Of a stretch of 64,000 nt of DNA, positions 28,948 to 39,265 are shown piece by piece (positions within the stretch are counted from its first letter, which is position 1; every line of letters begins with the position of its first letter). A program made the translations under genes and the position numbers. The notes beneath the pieces are model-generated. The model saw only the letters and a program-made list of their open reading frames with translations, did no database searches and was not told where the DNA came from. The stretch comes from an uncultured cyanobacterium (lineage in GTDB: Bacteria > Cyanobacteriota > Cyanobacteriia > Cyanobacteriales > CAWUOF01), in assembly GCA_963744145.1 (NCBI GenBank), contig CAVUSO010000001.1, positions 2,560,001 through 2,624,000 on the forward strand, read 5' to 3'.

Positions 28948-31113
28948 ATGGCTAAATCTCTGGAAAAAGCCCTCAAACATTATTTTGGGTATGACACCTT
29001 TCGTCCGGGTCAACGTCAAATTGTCGAAACAGCTCTCCAAAATCGAGATCTGCTGATAGTTATGCCCACAGGTGGAGGAAAGTCCCTCTGTTTTCAATTA
29101 CCAGCACTGCTTAAACCTGGGTTAACTGTAGTCGTATCCCCTTTAATTTCCCTGATGCAAGATCAGGTAGACGCATTGCAAGATAATGGGATTGGTGCGA
29201 CATTTATTAATAGTAGTCTAGATTGGAAACAAGTACGGACCAGAGAACAAGAAATAACTAGCGGTAAAATTAAACTTCTTTATGTTGCTCCAGAACGCTT
29301 ACTCAGTGAAAAGTTTCAACCCTTTTTAGAACTAATCAAATATCAAATTGGGATTTCAGCCTTTGCGATCGATGAAGCTCACTGTGTCTCGGAATGGGGA
29401 CATGATTTTCGACCGGAATATCGTCAACTCAAACAACTGCGCGATCGCTATCCTGAAATTCCTTTTTTAGCACTAACTGCTACAGCTACCGATCGCGTGC
29501 GTCAAGATATTATTCAACAATTAGCTCTCCGTGAACCTAATATTTATATTGCTAGTTTTAATCGTCAAAATCTTTATTATGAAGTCAGGAATAAACAGAA
29601 AAATAATTATGCCGAAATCTTAGAACTGATTAATCAACACCAAGGTTCGACCATCATCTATTGTCTAAGTCGTCGTCAAGTTGATCAACTAGCATTAAAA
29701 CTGCAAAATAGTCATATTCCTGCTTTACCATATCATGCGGGATTAACTGACGAAGAACGCACCGAAAATCAACTCAGATTCATCCGGGATGATGTACAAG
29801 TAATGGTAGCAACCATTGCGTTTGGGATGGGAATAAATAAACCCGATGTGCGCTGCGTAATTCATTATAACTTACCCCGGAACTTAGAAAACTATTATCA
29901 AGAATCAGGTCGAGCTGGTCGAGATGGAGAATCTGCTCATTGTGTGTTATTTTTTAGCTATGGTGATCTAAAAACCATCGAATATCTAATCGACCAAAAA
30001 ACCGATCCCCAAGAACAAAAAATTGCCCGTCAACAGTTACATCGAGTGATTGATTACGCGGAAGGAACGGAATGTCGTCGTACTATCCAATTAAGCTATT
30101 TTGGAGAGCTATTTCCGGGAAATTGTGGACAATGTGATAATTGTCGCAATCCCAAACCAAAAGAAGATTGGACAATTGAAGCAATGAAATTTCTTTCTTG
30201 TGTTGCTAGGTGCAAAGAAAAATTTGGCATGAATCATATTATTGATGTATTACGGGGTTCAAAAAGTAAGAAAATTCAGCAGTATAAACACGAAGAATTA
30301 TCAACCTATGGAATTGGTAAAGATCGAACAGTTGAAGAATGGAAAAATCTAGCGCGATCGCTGTTATACTCAGGATTATTAGAACAAACTACCGATGGTT
30401 ATCCAGTCTTAAAATTAACTTCAGGTAGTTGGGAAGTAATGAAACGTCAGCGTTCAGTTTATATCGCTGTTGTTCCACCAGAAATCCTCGAAACATCAGT
30501 AGATAAAAACACTGAATCAGAAGAGTTATTTGCCCAATTGCGTCAACTCCGTAAACAAATAGCAGACGAACAATCCGTACCACCTTATGTAGTATTTCAC
30601 GATTCTACTTTACGTTTAATGTCACAACGAAAACCCCAAACTTTAATAGATTTTGGGAAAATTTCTGGAGTTGGTGATCACAAACGGATTCAATATGGTC
30701 CGCGGTTTATTGCTCAGATCCAAGCTTATTGTCAAGAACTCGAAACCGATATCCCCAAACCCCTCAACAACTCTGATGATCCATCCATATCCCTCATCTC
30801 TGACAGCCAAGCAATTACCCTAGCATTATATCAACAAGGAATGAATATCGAAGCGATCGCTGAAAAACGTCAATTTAGTGTCAGTACCATTACCAATCAT
30901 CTGATAGAATTGATCGAAATGAACCATCCCATCGACTTAAATCAGCTTGTGAGTCCAGCACATCAACAGCAAATTTTACAAGCGATCGAAACCATTGGAA
31001 GTGATCTGCTCAAACCAATTTATGAATATCTCCAAGAAACCTGCTCTTACGAAGAAATAAAGTTGGTCCGGTCATGGTGGCAGCAAAAACAACAAAATGC
31101 TGTTAATAAATAG
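28948..31113 (+). CDS. recQ: ATP-dependent DNA helicase RecQ
   Basis: MPTGGGKSLCFQLP, DEAHCVSEWGHDFRP, QESGRAGRDG, Zn/RQC, HRDC and C-terminal HTH. Confidence 0.97.
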   Translation: MAKSLEKALKHYFGYDTFRPGQRQIVETALQNRDLLIVMPTGGGKSLCFQLPALLKPGLTVVVSPLISLMQDQVDALQDNGIGATFINSSLDWKQVRTREQEITSGKIKLLYVAPERLLSEKFQPFLELIKYQIGISAFAIDEAHCVSEWGHDFRPEYRQLKQLRDRYPEIPFLALTATATDRVRQDIIQQLALREPNIYIASFNRQNLYYEVRNKQKNNYAEILELINQHQGSTIIYCLSRRQVDQLALKLQNSHIPALPYHAGLTDEERTENQLRFIRDDVQVMVATIAFGMGINKPDVRCVIHYNLPRNLENYYQESGRAGRDGESAHCVLFFSYGDLKTIEYLIDQKTDPQEQKIARQQLHRVIDYAEGTECRRTIQLSYFGELFPGNCGQCDNCRNPKPKEDWTIEAMKFLSCVARCKEKFGMNHIIDVLRGSKSKKIQQYKHEELSTYGIGKDRTVEEWKNLARSLLYSGLLEQTTDGYPVLKLTSGSWEVMKRQRSVYIAVVPPEILETSVDKNTESEELFAQLRQLRKQIADEQSVPPYVVFHDSTLRLMSQRKPQTLIDFGKISGVGDHKRIQYGPRFIAQIQAYCQELETDIPKPLNNSDDPSISLISDSQAITLALYQQGMNIEAIAEKRQFSVSTITNHLIELIEMNHPIDLNQLVSPAHQQQILQAIETIGSDLLKPIYEYLQETCSYEEIKLVRSWWQQKQQNAVNK

Positions 31114-31160
31114 GTAAAAAGTAATATTATCTACTTATTCAAGTTATCCTAGTATTGATT

Positions 31161-31283
31161 AGATCTCTTGCAAAAATAAATAGGACAGGCAAGATGCCTG
31201 TCCCACCAGAATCAATAACTTTTGTGGGACAGGCATCTTGCCTGTCAATAACATAGATCAATCAGGACTTTTGCAAGAGGTCT
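31161..31283. mobile_element. ~123-bp MITE, copy 1
   Basis: TIRs AGATCTCTTGCAAAA / TTTTGCAAGAGGTCT enclosing an inverted pair of GACAGGCAAGATGCCTGTC palindromes; second copy at 51628-51749. Confidence 0.8.
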
Positions 31284-31372
31284 AAAGATCAACAGCAAGC
31301 CGATCCATGGATTGTTTAGACATTTTTATCTGATAATTTTCGCAAAACTTTAACTATAAACCTGGCACAACT

Positions 31373-33391
31373 ATGGTATCTAATTCCCTTGAGTCTAACC
31401 ATTTTTCCCACATGAGCGCAGAAGAAAAAGCGCAAATGTCACAACTAGTAGATTATAGCTCAATCCAGTCCTTACCCGAAATATGGCCAAGAATTGGTCA
31501 GAAATTTGGCCATATTATCGCTCTGCAAGATCCCCATAGTAATCCAGAAGTAAGTATTACTTACTCAAAATTAACAGAAATGATTCAGCAATTCGCCGCG
31601 GGATTACAAGCATCGGGTTTAAAAACAGGTGTTCGTGGTAATAAAATCCCTCCCCGAGTCGCTTTATTTGCAGATAATAGTCCGCGCTGGATTATTGCAG
31701 ATCAAGGAATTATGACAGCTGAAGCTGTGAATGTAGTCAGAGGTGCAACAGCAGACCGAGAGGAGTTATTATTTATCCTGGCAGATAGTGGTAGTACGGG
31801 GTTAGTAGTAGAAAATCTTGCCCTGTTAAATAAATTACGTCCAGAGTTAGATGCTTTACCAATTCAGTTAGTAGTTTTAATGTCGGATGAGCAACCAGCA
31901 GAATATGAAAAATTTAAAGTAGTTAATTTTAATCAATTGATGAGTTCTGCTACGGGAATGACTCTGCCCATGCTCAGTCAAAATAGAGAAACATTAGCGA
32001 CATTAATGTATACTTCTGGAACTACGGGCAAACCGAAAGGAGTAATGCTAACCCATGGAAATCTGTTGCACCAAATTACCACTTTAGGGGCTGTGATTAA
32101 ACCAGACCCTGGCGATCGACTACTAAGTATTTTACCAACTTGGCACGCTTATGAACGTTGTGGCGAATATTTTATTCTCTCCCAAGGCTGCACCCAAATT
32201 TATACAAATCTCCGTTCATTCAAACGGGATCTAAAAGAATTTAAACCAAACTTTATGGTCAGCGTTCCCCGATTATGGGAGTCGATCTATGAAGGAGTCC
32301 AAAAACAATTGCGGGAACAGTCAGATTCCCAACAGAAATTAGTGCAATTTTTCCTATCTAGCAGTCAGAAATACATTGAAAACAAACGGATTTGGCAGGG
32401 GTTACATTTACAAACCCAACCCGTTTCTTTACCCCAACGTCTATTAGCAGGAATCCTCACCGCCGTTTTTTGGCCAATACATTTTGGTGGAGAAAAATTG
32501 GCTTATCAAAAAATCCGTGCAGCCACGGGAGGTCAATTTAATTATGCCATCAGTGGGGGCGGTTCTTTAGCAATGTATTTAGAAGACTTTTTTGAAATTA
32601 TCGGAATAAAAGTATTAGTAGGGTATGGATTAACAGAAACTTCCCCAGTCTTAAGCGCTAGAAGACCTTGGCACAATTTACGAGGATCTTCAGGTAAACC
32701 GCTACCCGCAACTGAAATAAAAATAGTTGACCCACAAACTCGCCAAACCTTACCCAATGGTATGGTAGGACTGGTTTTAGCTCGCGGACCGCAGATTATG
32801 AAAGGATATTATCAAAATCCTACCGCGACTGAAAAGGTAATTGATAGCCAAGGATGGTTTGATACAGGTGATTTAGGTTGGTTAACCCCAGAGCAAGATT
32901 TGGTCTTGACCGGACGCGCTAAAGATACAATTGTATTAACAAATGGTGAAAATATTGAGCCGCAACCGATCGAAGATGCTTGTCTGCAAAGTCCTTATAT
33001 AGACCAATTAATGCTAGTTGGACAAGATCAGCGATCGCTAGGTGCATTAATTGTACCAAATTTAAGCGCCTTAAATAAATGGGCACTTACCAATAATTTG
33101 CGTTTACAATTGCCAGAATCAACTCCCACCAATCTAATTGGGGAAACGGTCGGAGCAGATTTACCAGCATTAGAACTAGATAGTAAATTAATTCAGGATT
33201 TATTCCGACAAGAACTAAATCGAGAAGTACAAAAACGTCCCGGATACCGCATTGATGAGAGGATTGGGCCATTCCAACTAATTTTAGAACCTTTTTCCAT
33301 CGAAAATGGGATGATGACCCAAACCTTAAAAATTAAACGCAATGTTGTGATGGAACATTACCGCGATATGATTAACAGGATGTTTACCTAA
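31373..33391 (+). CDS. aas: Acyl-ACP synthetase / long-chain fatty acid ligase
   Basis: YTSGTTGKPKG AMP-binding motif, GYGLTETSP, GRAKDTIVLTNGENIEP; aas-ylqD-pdhC context. Confidence 0.88.
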   Translation: MVSNSLESNHFSHMSAEEKAQMSQLVDYSSIQSLPEIWPRIGQKFGHIIALQDPHSNPEVSITYSKLTEMIQQFAAGLQASGLKTGVRGNKIPPRVALFADNSPRWIIADQGIMTAEAVNVVRGATADREELLFILADSGSTGLVVENLALLNKLRPELDALPIQLVVLMSDEQPAEYEKFKVVNFNQLMSSATGMTLPMLSQNRETLATLMYTSGTTGKPKGVMLTHGNLLHQITTLGAVIKPDPGDRLLSILPTWHAYERCGEYFILSQGCTQIYTNLRSFKRDLKEFKPNFMVSVPRLWESIYEGVQKQLREQSDSQQKLVQFFLSSSQKYIENKRIWQGLHLQTQPVSLPQRLLAGILTAVFWPIHFGGEKLAYQKIRAATGGQFNYAISGGGSLAMYLEDFFEIIGIKVLVGYGLTETSPVLSARRPWHNLRGSSGKPLPATEIKIVDPQTRQTLPNGMVGLVLARGPQIMKGYYQNPTATEKVIDSQGWFDTGDLGWLTPEQDLVLTGRAKDTIVLTNGENIEPQPIEDACLQSPYIDQLMLVGQDQRSLGALIVPNLSALNKWALTNNLRLQLPESTPTNLIGETVGADLPALELDSKLIQDLFRQELNREVQKRPGYRIDERIGPFQLILEPFSIENGMMTQTLKIKRNVVMEHYRDMINRMFT

Positions 33392-33516
33392 TTGGTTTAG
33401 TAAGGAGAAAGATTAATAGGTTGAGACATGAGGAGCAACCTTTAAAACTGGAAACTTACCCAATCGGAAAACATTCTAGCTTACCAAAGTTCAAACCATC
33501 ACCAACATTAAAGTTT

Positions 33517-33972
33517 ATGGATCTAGACAAGTCCGAGCGCGAATTAATTCTGAAACGAGCGATCACCGTCAAAGCAGTGGTAACTCCGCGTTGGAAAGAA
33601 GATGCTCAACAGCAACTCCAACTGCAAATTAATCAACTGGATCAGCAATTACAACAACTAGAAATGCAAGGTCAGCGGATGATTAGTGAAATTCAAAAAC
33701 AAAGTCTCCAACCCTCTAGTCCGCAAGTGATCCAGCAAATTGATAACATTCATATCCAGGTTAATCAAAAGAAAAGCGAATTACTAGAGCAAAAAAATCA
33801 AATTCTCCAACAGTTACAACAAGTCCAACTGTTAGAACTAAAACAAGAGGTCAATCAAGGTCAAATTGAAGGGATTTTCCATCTCAAACGTGGTGATAAT
33901 CTGATTCAAAAAATGAATATAGAGATTCTGCTCCTCGATGGAATAGTGCAAGAGATTCGTGGCGATGTATGA
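33517..33972 (+). CDS. YlqD-family coiled-coil protein
   Basis: LILKRAITVKAVVTPRWKE, Q-rich coil, EILLLDGIVQEIRG. ATG 33517 is a more plausible start than TTG 33421. Confidence 0.82.
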   Translation: MDLDKSERELILKRAITVKAVVTPRWKEDAQQQLQLQINQLDQQLQQLEMQGQRMISEIQKQSLQPSSPQVIQQIDNIHIQVNQKKSELLEQKNQILQQLQQVQLLELKQEVNQGQIEGIFHLKRGDNLIQKMNIEILLLDGIVQEIRGDV

Positions 33973-34029
33973 GAAGTATAAGTTTCATGGTAAAGTCTAC
34001 TGCTAAATGTTGATTCGGAAACCACCCCC

Positions 34030-35316
34030 ATGATTAACGAAGTTTTTATGCCAGCCCTAAGTTCCACCATGACCGAAGGCAAGATTGTATCCTGGGTTAA
34101 GTCCCCAGGAGAGAAGGTTAAAAAAGGTGAAACAGTGGTGGTGGTCGAATCAGATAAAGCAGATATGGATGTGGAATCCTTCTATGAAGGATACTTAGCG
34201 ACCATCGTTGTTCAAGCTGGAGAAAGTGCCCCGGTTGGTGCGGCGATCGCTCTAGTAGCAGAAACTGAAGCTGAAATTGAAACAGCTAAACAGCAAGCAG
34301 CAGGGGGAAATCAAGCAAAAACTGCGCCAGTGACCGTCGCAGTTGCTAGCGCGACCCCGGAGACAACTGTTAGCTTAATCACCCCTGTCACCACCACCAC
34401 TAGCCAACGCAATGGTAGGATTATTGCCTCTCCTCGTGCGAAGAAGCTAGCGAAGGAATTAGGGGTGAGTCTGGATCAACTTCAAGGTAGTGGACCCCAT
34501 GGTCGCATTATCGCTGAAGATGTGGAAACTGCTGCCGGTCAAGGAAAACCACCTGTTGTTCCTGGGGTACAACTTCCTTCTAGCCCCACAGCGGTGAAAT
34601 CAGAACCAGCCCCAGCTGCCTCAGTTGCACCAGCAATTCTGGTGGATAAGGTGGTGCCTTTTGCCACCCTGCAACAAGCAGTGACCCGCAATATGATGGC
34701 GAGTCTGCAAGTTCCCACATACCATGTCGGCTATACGATTACCACCAATAATCTTGATAAACTGTATCAGCAGATTAAATCTAAAGGTGTCACGATGACC
34801 GCATTGCTAGCTAAAGCAGTTGCGGTGACCCTGCAAAAACATCCTCTAGTTAATGCCTCTTATACTGAAGCAGGAATTGGTTATCATGCCGCAATTAATA
34901 TTGCTGTTGCTGTTGCCATGCCCGGAGGTGGATTGATTACGCCTGTTTTGCAAAATGCTGATCAAGTTGATATTTATTCTCTGTCTCGCGCTTGGAAAGA
35001 TTTAGTCGATCGCGCCCGGAGTAAACAACTACAACCCCAAGAATATAGCACTGGTACTTTTACCCTTTCTAACTTGGGCATGTTTGGAGTCGATCGCTTT
35101 GATGCGATTTTACCCCCTGGACAAGGTTCAATTCTGGCGATCGGTGGCTCCCGTCCTCAAGTTGTAGCAGCAGCAGATGGTTCCTTCGGAGTCAAGCAAC
35201 AAATGCAAGTAAATATTACCTGTGATCACCGGATTATTTACGGTGCTGATGCGGCTGCTTTCTTACAAGATTTAGCCAAGTTGATTGAAACTAATGCCCA
35301 ATCTCTAACACTGTAA
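34030..35316 (+). CDS. pdhC: Pyruvate dehydrogenase E2 dihydrolipoamide acetyltransferase
   Basis: Lipoyl domain ESDKADM, E3-binding ASPRAKKLA, catalytic DHRIIYGAD. Confidence 0.96.
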   Translation: MINEVFMPALSSTMTEGKIVSWVKSPGEKVKKGETVVVVESDKADMDVESFYEGYLATIVVQAGESAPVGAAIALVAETEAEIETAKQQAAGGNQAKTAPVTVAVASATPETTVSLITPVTTTTSQRNGRIIASPRAKKLAKELGVSLDQLQGSGPHGRIIAEDVETAAGQGKPPVVPGVQLPSSPTAVKSEPAPAASVAPAILVDKVVPFATLQQAVTRNMMASLQVPTYHVGYTITTNNLDKLYQQIKSKGVTMTALLAKAVAVTLQKHPLVNASYTEAGIGYHAAINIAVAVAMPGGGLITPVLQNADQVDIYSLSRAWKDLVDRARSKQLQPQEYSTGTFTLSNLGMFGVDRFDAILPPGQGSILAIGGSRPQVVAAADGSFGVKQQMQVNITCDHRIIYGADAAAFLQDLAKLIETNAQSLTL

Positions 35317-35448
35317 AAATTGTCAATCTCAGCCGATCTAATTTTATTGATTCTGCGGACTAACTACTAGACTGATTGCTGAGTCAGGTTGTTAGTCTTT
35401 TTTTATTTCTGAGGATGAGATGATGTTATACCTACTCTGGCAAAATAT

Positions 35449-36186
35449 ATGAATATTACGCGGAAATGGTCTACAGCTCAACAGCGATCGCGAGAAATCT
35501 TACTTCGTCTGGTACATCTTTATCCTGATGCCAAATGTACTCTTAACTATGAAAGTCCAGTCCAATTACTAGTAGCCACGATTCTTTCCGCTCAATGCAC
35601 AGATGAGCGTGTCAATCAAGTTACTCCGGCTTTATTTAGTCGTTTTCCCGATGCTCCTAGTTTAGCTAAGGCCGATTTAACTGAATTAGAAACCTTGGTC
35701 CGCTCTACTGGATTTTATCGTAATAAAGCTAAAAATATTAAAGCTGCTTGTAGTCTGATCGTCGCCAAATTTGGTGGTCAGGTGCCAAAACGGATGGAAC
35801 TACTTCTAGAATTACCTGGAGTGGCTCGCAAAACTGCTAATGTGGTTCTGGCTAATGCTTATGACATTAATATGGGTGTTACTGTCGATACTCATGTCAA
35901 ACGTCTTAGTCATCGTCTGGGATTGACAGAACATACTGATCCAGTCCGAGTCGAACGCGATTTAATTCGTCTTCTCCCTCAACCAGATTGGGAAAATTGG
36001 TCAATTCGCTTGATTTATCATGGTCGAGCTGTTTGTTTTGCTCGTAATCCGGCTTGCGATCGCTGTATTTTAGCTGATTTATGTCCCTCGGCTGACTCTG
36101 ATAAAATTAATTCTGCTCAGATTTCTGTCAATTCTACCGATTTAGGATATAAGATGGAAAATGCTGTCTTAATTGCAGGAGATTAA
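35449..36186 (+). CDS. nth: Endonuclease III
   Basis: [20 protein letters not shown] HhH, VDTHV, CxxxxxxCxxCxxxxxC Fe-S motif. Confidence 0.96.
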   Translation: MNITRKWSTAQQRSREILLRLVHLYPDAKCTLNYESPVQLLVATILSAQCTDERVNQVTPALFSRFPDAPSLAKADLTELETLVRSTGFYRNKAKNIKAACSLIVAKFGGQVPKRMELLLELPGVARKTANVVLANAYDINMGVTVDTHVKRLSHRLGLTEHTDPVRVERDLIRLLPQPDWENWSIRLIYHGRAVCFARNPACDRCILADLCPSADSDKINSAQISVNSTDLGYKMENAVLIAGD

Positions 36187-36194
36187 AATCATTC

Positions 36195-36497
36195 ATGGCT
36201 AAAAAAAGCATGATTGAACGGGAAAAGAAACGCCAAGCGTTGGTGGACAAATATGCGGATAAGCGAGCTGAACTTAAAGAACAGTTTGAGAATGCTTCTT
36301 CTCAGCGAGAAAGGGTCTTGATTCACCGCCAAATTCAACAATTACCACGTAATAGTGCCCCCACCAGGTTGCGGAATCGCTGTTGGGCGACGGGACGTTC
36401 TCGCGGGTTCTATCGGGACTTTGGTCTCTCACGTCATGTAATTCGGGAAATGGCTCATACCGGACTGCTACCAGGGGTAGTTAAGTCTAGTTGGTAA
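36195..36497 (+). CDS. rpsN: 30S ribosomal protein S14
   Basis: [10 protein letters not shown]...[14 protein letters not shown]...LPGVVKSSW. Confidence 0.97.
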   Translation: MAKKSMIEREKKRQALVDKYADKRAELKEQFENASSQRERVLIHRQIQQLPRNSAPTRLRNRCWATGRSRGFYRDFGLSRHVIREMAHTGLLPGVVKSSW

Positions 36498-36547
36498 TCA
36501 AGAATTGAAAATTAAGCTTTATTTTTAATTTTCAATTTTTTGCTCGT

Positions 36548-36876
36548 TTATTGCCCACAGCATTGATCGATTCCCAGACGATCAAGTAGTAAATCACTAA
36601 TGGCATTGGCGATCGCAAACTCGCTATAGAAACTGGTAGAAAAGTCAACGCCTGCATCTCCGTGACGATCGCGATGACGAGAGAACCAAGATCGTTCTCA
36701 CCTTCGATCCGCTGTCGCACGTAGATTTGGGCGGCTTTCTGGGCAATAGTTTGATTGACTGCTTCCGGAATAAATTCTTGATCAAGCCACTGATGCAAGG
36801 CAATTCGGAGCCATTCACCTTCAAGCTGGGGATCTTGGATCGGTGGTAAAATAATCGGTGGAATAGGTTCAGACAT
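36548..36876 (-). pseudogene. Conserved cyanobacterial hypothetical protein with apparent 1-bp frameshift
   Basis: Adding one T near 36647 changes ..EMQALTFL.. to ..EMQAFDFSTSFYSEFAIANAISDLLLDRLGIDQCCGQ*, the C-terminus I recall for this family. Confidence 0.65.
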
Positions 36877-36930
36877 TGCTGATCTGATTACAATAGCTTC
36901 TAGTTAAGAAAACCTTACAATAATTTGGTG

Positions 36931-36974
36931 ACAGTCAAGATGACTGTCCCACAAAGTCAAGATGACTGTCCCAT
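36931..36974. repeat. Tandem pair of REP-like palindromes (variant of GACAGGCAAGATGCCTGTC)
   Basis: ACAGTCAAGATGACTGTCCCACAAAGTCAAGATGACTGTCCCA, with compensatory G-C to T-A stem changes. Confidence 0.7.
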
Positions 36975-37047
36975 AAGTGGTAATCCGGATTTAGATCAGA
37001 ATTGATATTTTTTAGATTTGTGTTGAGATCTAATTTGTCTAGAATTC

Positions 37048-37623
37048 ATGCAGTTTGATACCCCATCAATTATTCAAGGCTACGCCCAAGGTTATTTTTT
37101 AATGGCTGACGAAGCGGGCAATTTAGGCTGGTATGCTAGTCGCGAAAGAGCGCTGATTCCCCTGGATGAGCGCTTTCATTATCCGCGATCGCTCCAACGT
37201 TATTTGAATCAAGAGCGCTTTACCGTTGCAATTAATCGGGATTTTGCTGGGGTAGTGACTGGTTGTGCTAATCGGGAAACTACTTGGATATCGGCTGAAT
37301 TACAGGAAATCTATTGGCAACTTTATCAGGATGGATGGGCTTATAGTTTTGAAACTTGGGCAGGAGATGAATTAGCTGGTGGAATTTTGGGAATTGTGAT
37401 TGGGGGAGCATTTATTGGTGAATCCATGTTTTACTCTATCCCCGAAGGCTCAAAAGTAGCAATGGTCAAATTAGTCGAACGACTGCGATCGCGACAATTT
37501 CTGTTTTTTGACGCCCAAATGATGAATCCCCATCTGCAAAGATTTGGTGCTTATACCATTAGTGAAAAAAAATATCAAGCCCTGCTGAAACAAGCTTTGT
37601 TACGTCAATGCTCTTTAGTATAA
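37048..37623 (+). CDS. aat: Leucyl/phenylalanyl-tRNA--protein transferase
   Basis: TWI, AYSFETW...[29 protein letters not shown]. Confidence 0.93.
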   Translation: MQFDTPSIIQGYAQGYFLMADEAGNLGWYASRERALIPLDERFHYPRSLQRYLNQERFTVAINRDFAGVVTGCANRETTWISAELQEIYWQLYQDGWAYSFETWAGDELAGGILGIVIGGAFIGESMFYSIPEGSKVAMVKLVERLRSRQFLFFDAQMMNPHLQRFGAYTISEKKYQALLKQALLRQCSLV

Positions 37624-37998
37624 AAGCGATCGCTCGTCCCAGATAATTATGGTCTGCTTCGCTCTGATGAGGGAATTTTTTTTTGTTTAAAAGTTACCGA
37701 ATCAGGTAATGCTTAATTTTTCCCACACCAAAGTAATGGGCTGTCTTCAACAACCCATTACCTTAGCAAATAATATTAGTGGATCGAGCGACCTATCGAT
37801 ATTTTTGCTGACTAACGGTTTTAAAGTAGTAGCAATGACCTAGGTGAATTAGACCTATCTAGTTTAGTAATGATAGTTCAGTTGCTTTTTGCTTTTTACT
37901 GGCTATAATTCCACTGCTATGCAAAGCCACTTTTTTTCAGGTCATTAATATTTGGCTGGGATAGTTGTGCTAATTCGACCGGTCACCAGCCAAACAGC

Positions 37999-38394
37999 TC
38001 AGGATGCTTCTTCTAGTTCTTCTCGATCGACTTGGCGCAAATGGATATGCTTACGTCCCAAGGAGATTTCAAATTCATCTCCTGGCTGAAGATCCATTTG
38101 TTTAGTATAAGCAGCACCAATCAGTAAGTTACCGTTAGATTGAACACTGATGCGATAGCTAGCACTACGTCCACCACGTCCATTGCCATTTTGCTTACCA
38201 TCTAACTCAATTCCTTCTGCATCAATGAGAGCATTAAGGAATTTCATCATATTGACGCGCTCAATGTTATTTTTGGTAACGGTGTAGTAGCCACAAGCCC
38301 TGGCTTTCTCTTCTTTGCTTAGGTTACCTAAATCTTTGACTTTTTGCAGTAAGACTTCACCAGTTAAAGGTTCCACCTTTTTCTTTTTACTCAT
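37999..38394 (-). CDS. Cyanobacterial AbrB-like transcription factor (probably cyAbrB2/Sll0822 clade)
   Basis: LTGEVLLQKVK...ACGYY...SYRISVQSNGNLLIG...GDEFEI; divergent from an Rrf2 gene. Confidence 0.88.
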   Translation of the reverse strand: MSKKKKVEPLTGEVLLQKVKDLGNLSKEEKARACGYYTVTKNNIERVNMMKFLNALIDAEGIELDGKQNGNGRGGRSASYRISVQSNGNLLIGAAYTKQMDLQPGDEFEISLGRKHIHLRQVDREELEEAS

Positions 38395-38773
38395 TAATTG
38401 GCTCCTCCAGTCATAAATGTGTACAGTTTTGATTTTAGTTGACTACTGGTAAGAAAAAGATTTTGTCATCTTCTTGCAGGTCTGCCAACTATATTAACCT
38501 GATTGATGCAAATTTTTCATCTTTTTTTTCCCTATTTCTTATCCAAATTGTCGATTAGTGGTGCTAACAGGCAAAAATATATATAAGTAAATGGTTTCGA
38601 GTTCCACGGTAGGCTGATTTGAGTTAACCATGAAGTTGATGTGAGACAAGCTAATGGTGGGAAAATGGAAAAAAGAAGTAGCATGAAATGGACAAAGGTC
38701 AGTAAAATTACTTGTAGGAGACTAGGGTTGATTGTTTGCATATAGTAAACGATATCCCCAAATAATAGTTGCA

Positions 38774-39217
38774 ATGAAGCTCACCACTCGCGGACATTAC
38801 AGCGTTAAAGCTTTACTAGATTTAAGTTTGCAGCCGGGATCTAGTCCGACTTCGGTAAAAGCGATCAGTAAAAGACAAGATATTCCCGCACCATATTTGG
38901 AAAAGTTGCTGATCGAAATGCGTCGGGCTGGGTTAGTAGTATCAGTACGTGGTACTGGAGGTGGATATCAATTAGCGCGATCGCCAGCACAGATTTCCCT
39001 CGGACAAATTTTAGAAGCGGTAGGTGAAACGATTGAACCTCTCCCTCATCATCTTGCTGATGCAAAGCAAGCGGAAGATTGGGTAACCCTAACACTATGG
39101 AACCGACTTCACCAAAAAATGAAGGAAACTCTGTACAATATTTCCCTGGAAGATTTATACTATGACGCTCGTAGTTGGCAAGCTGCTCAAGGAGAACAAA
39201 CCAGTTTTGTCATTTAG
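38774..39217 (+). CDS. Rrf2-family transcriptional regulator, no Cys ligands (Slr0846-like)
   Basis: MKLTTRGHYSVKALLDL, YLEKLL, SVRGTGGGYQLAR; ATG 38774 chosen as start. Confidence 0.9.
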   Translation: MKLTTRGHYSVKALLDLSLQPGSSPTSVKAISKRQDIPAPYLEKLLIEMRRAGLVVSVRGTGGGYQLARSPAQISLGQILEAVGETIEPLPHHLADAKQAEDWVTLTLWNRLHQKMKETLYNISLEDLYYDARSWQAAQGEQTSFVI

Positions 39218-39265
39218 CAATTGAGGACATAAAAACTTTTGCTTTTCACCGACTTATTGGGATTA

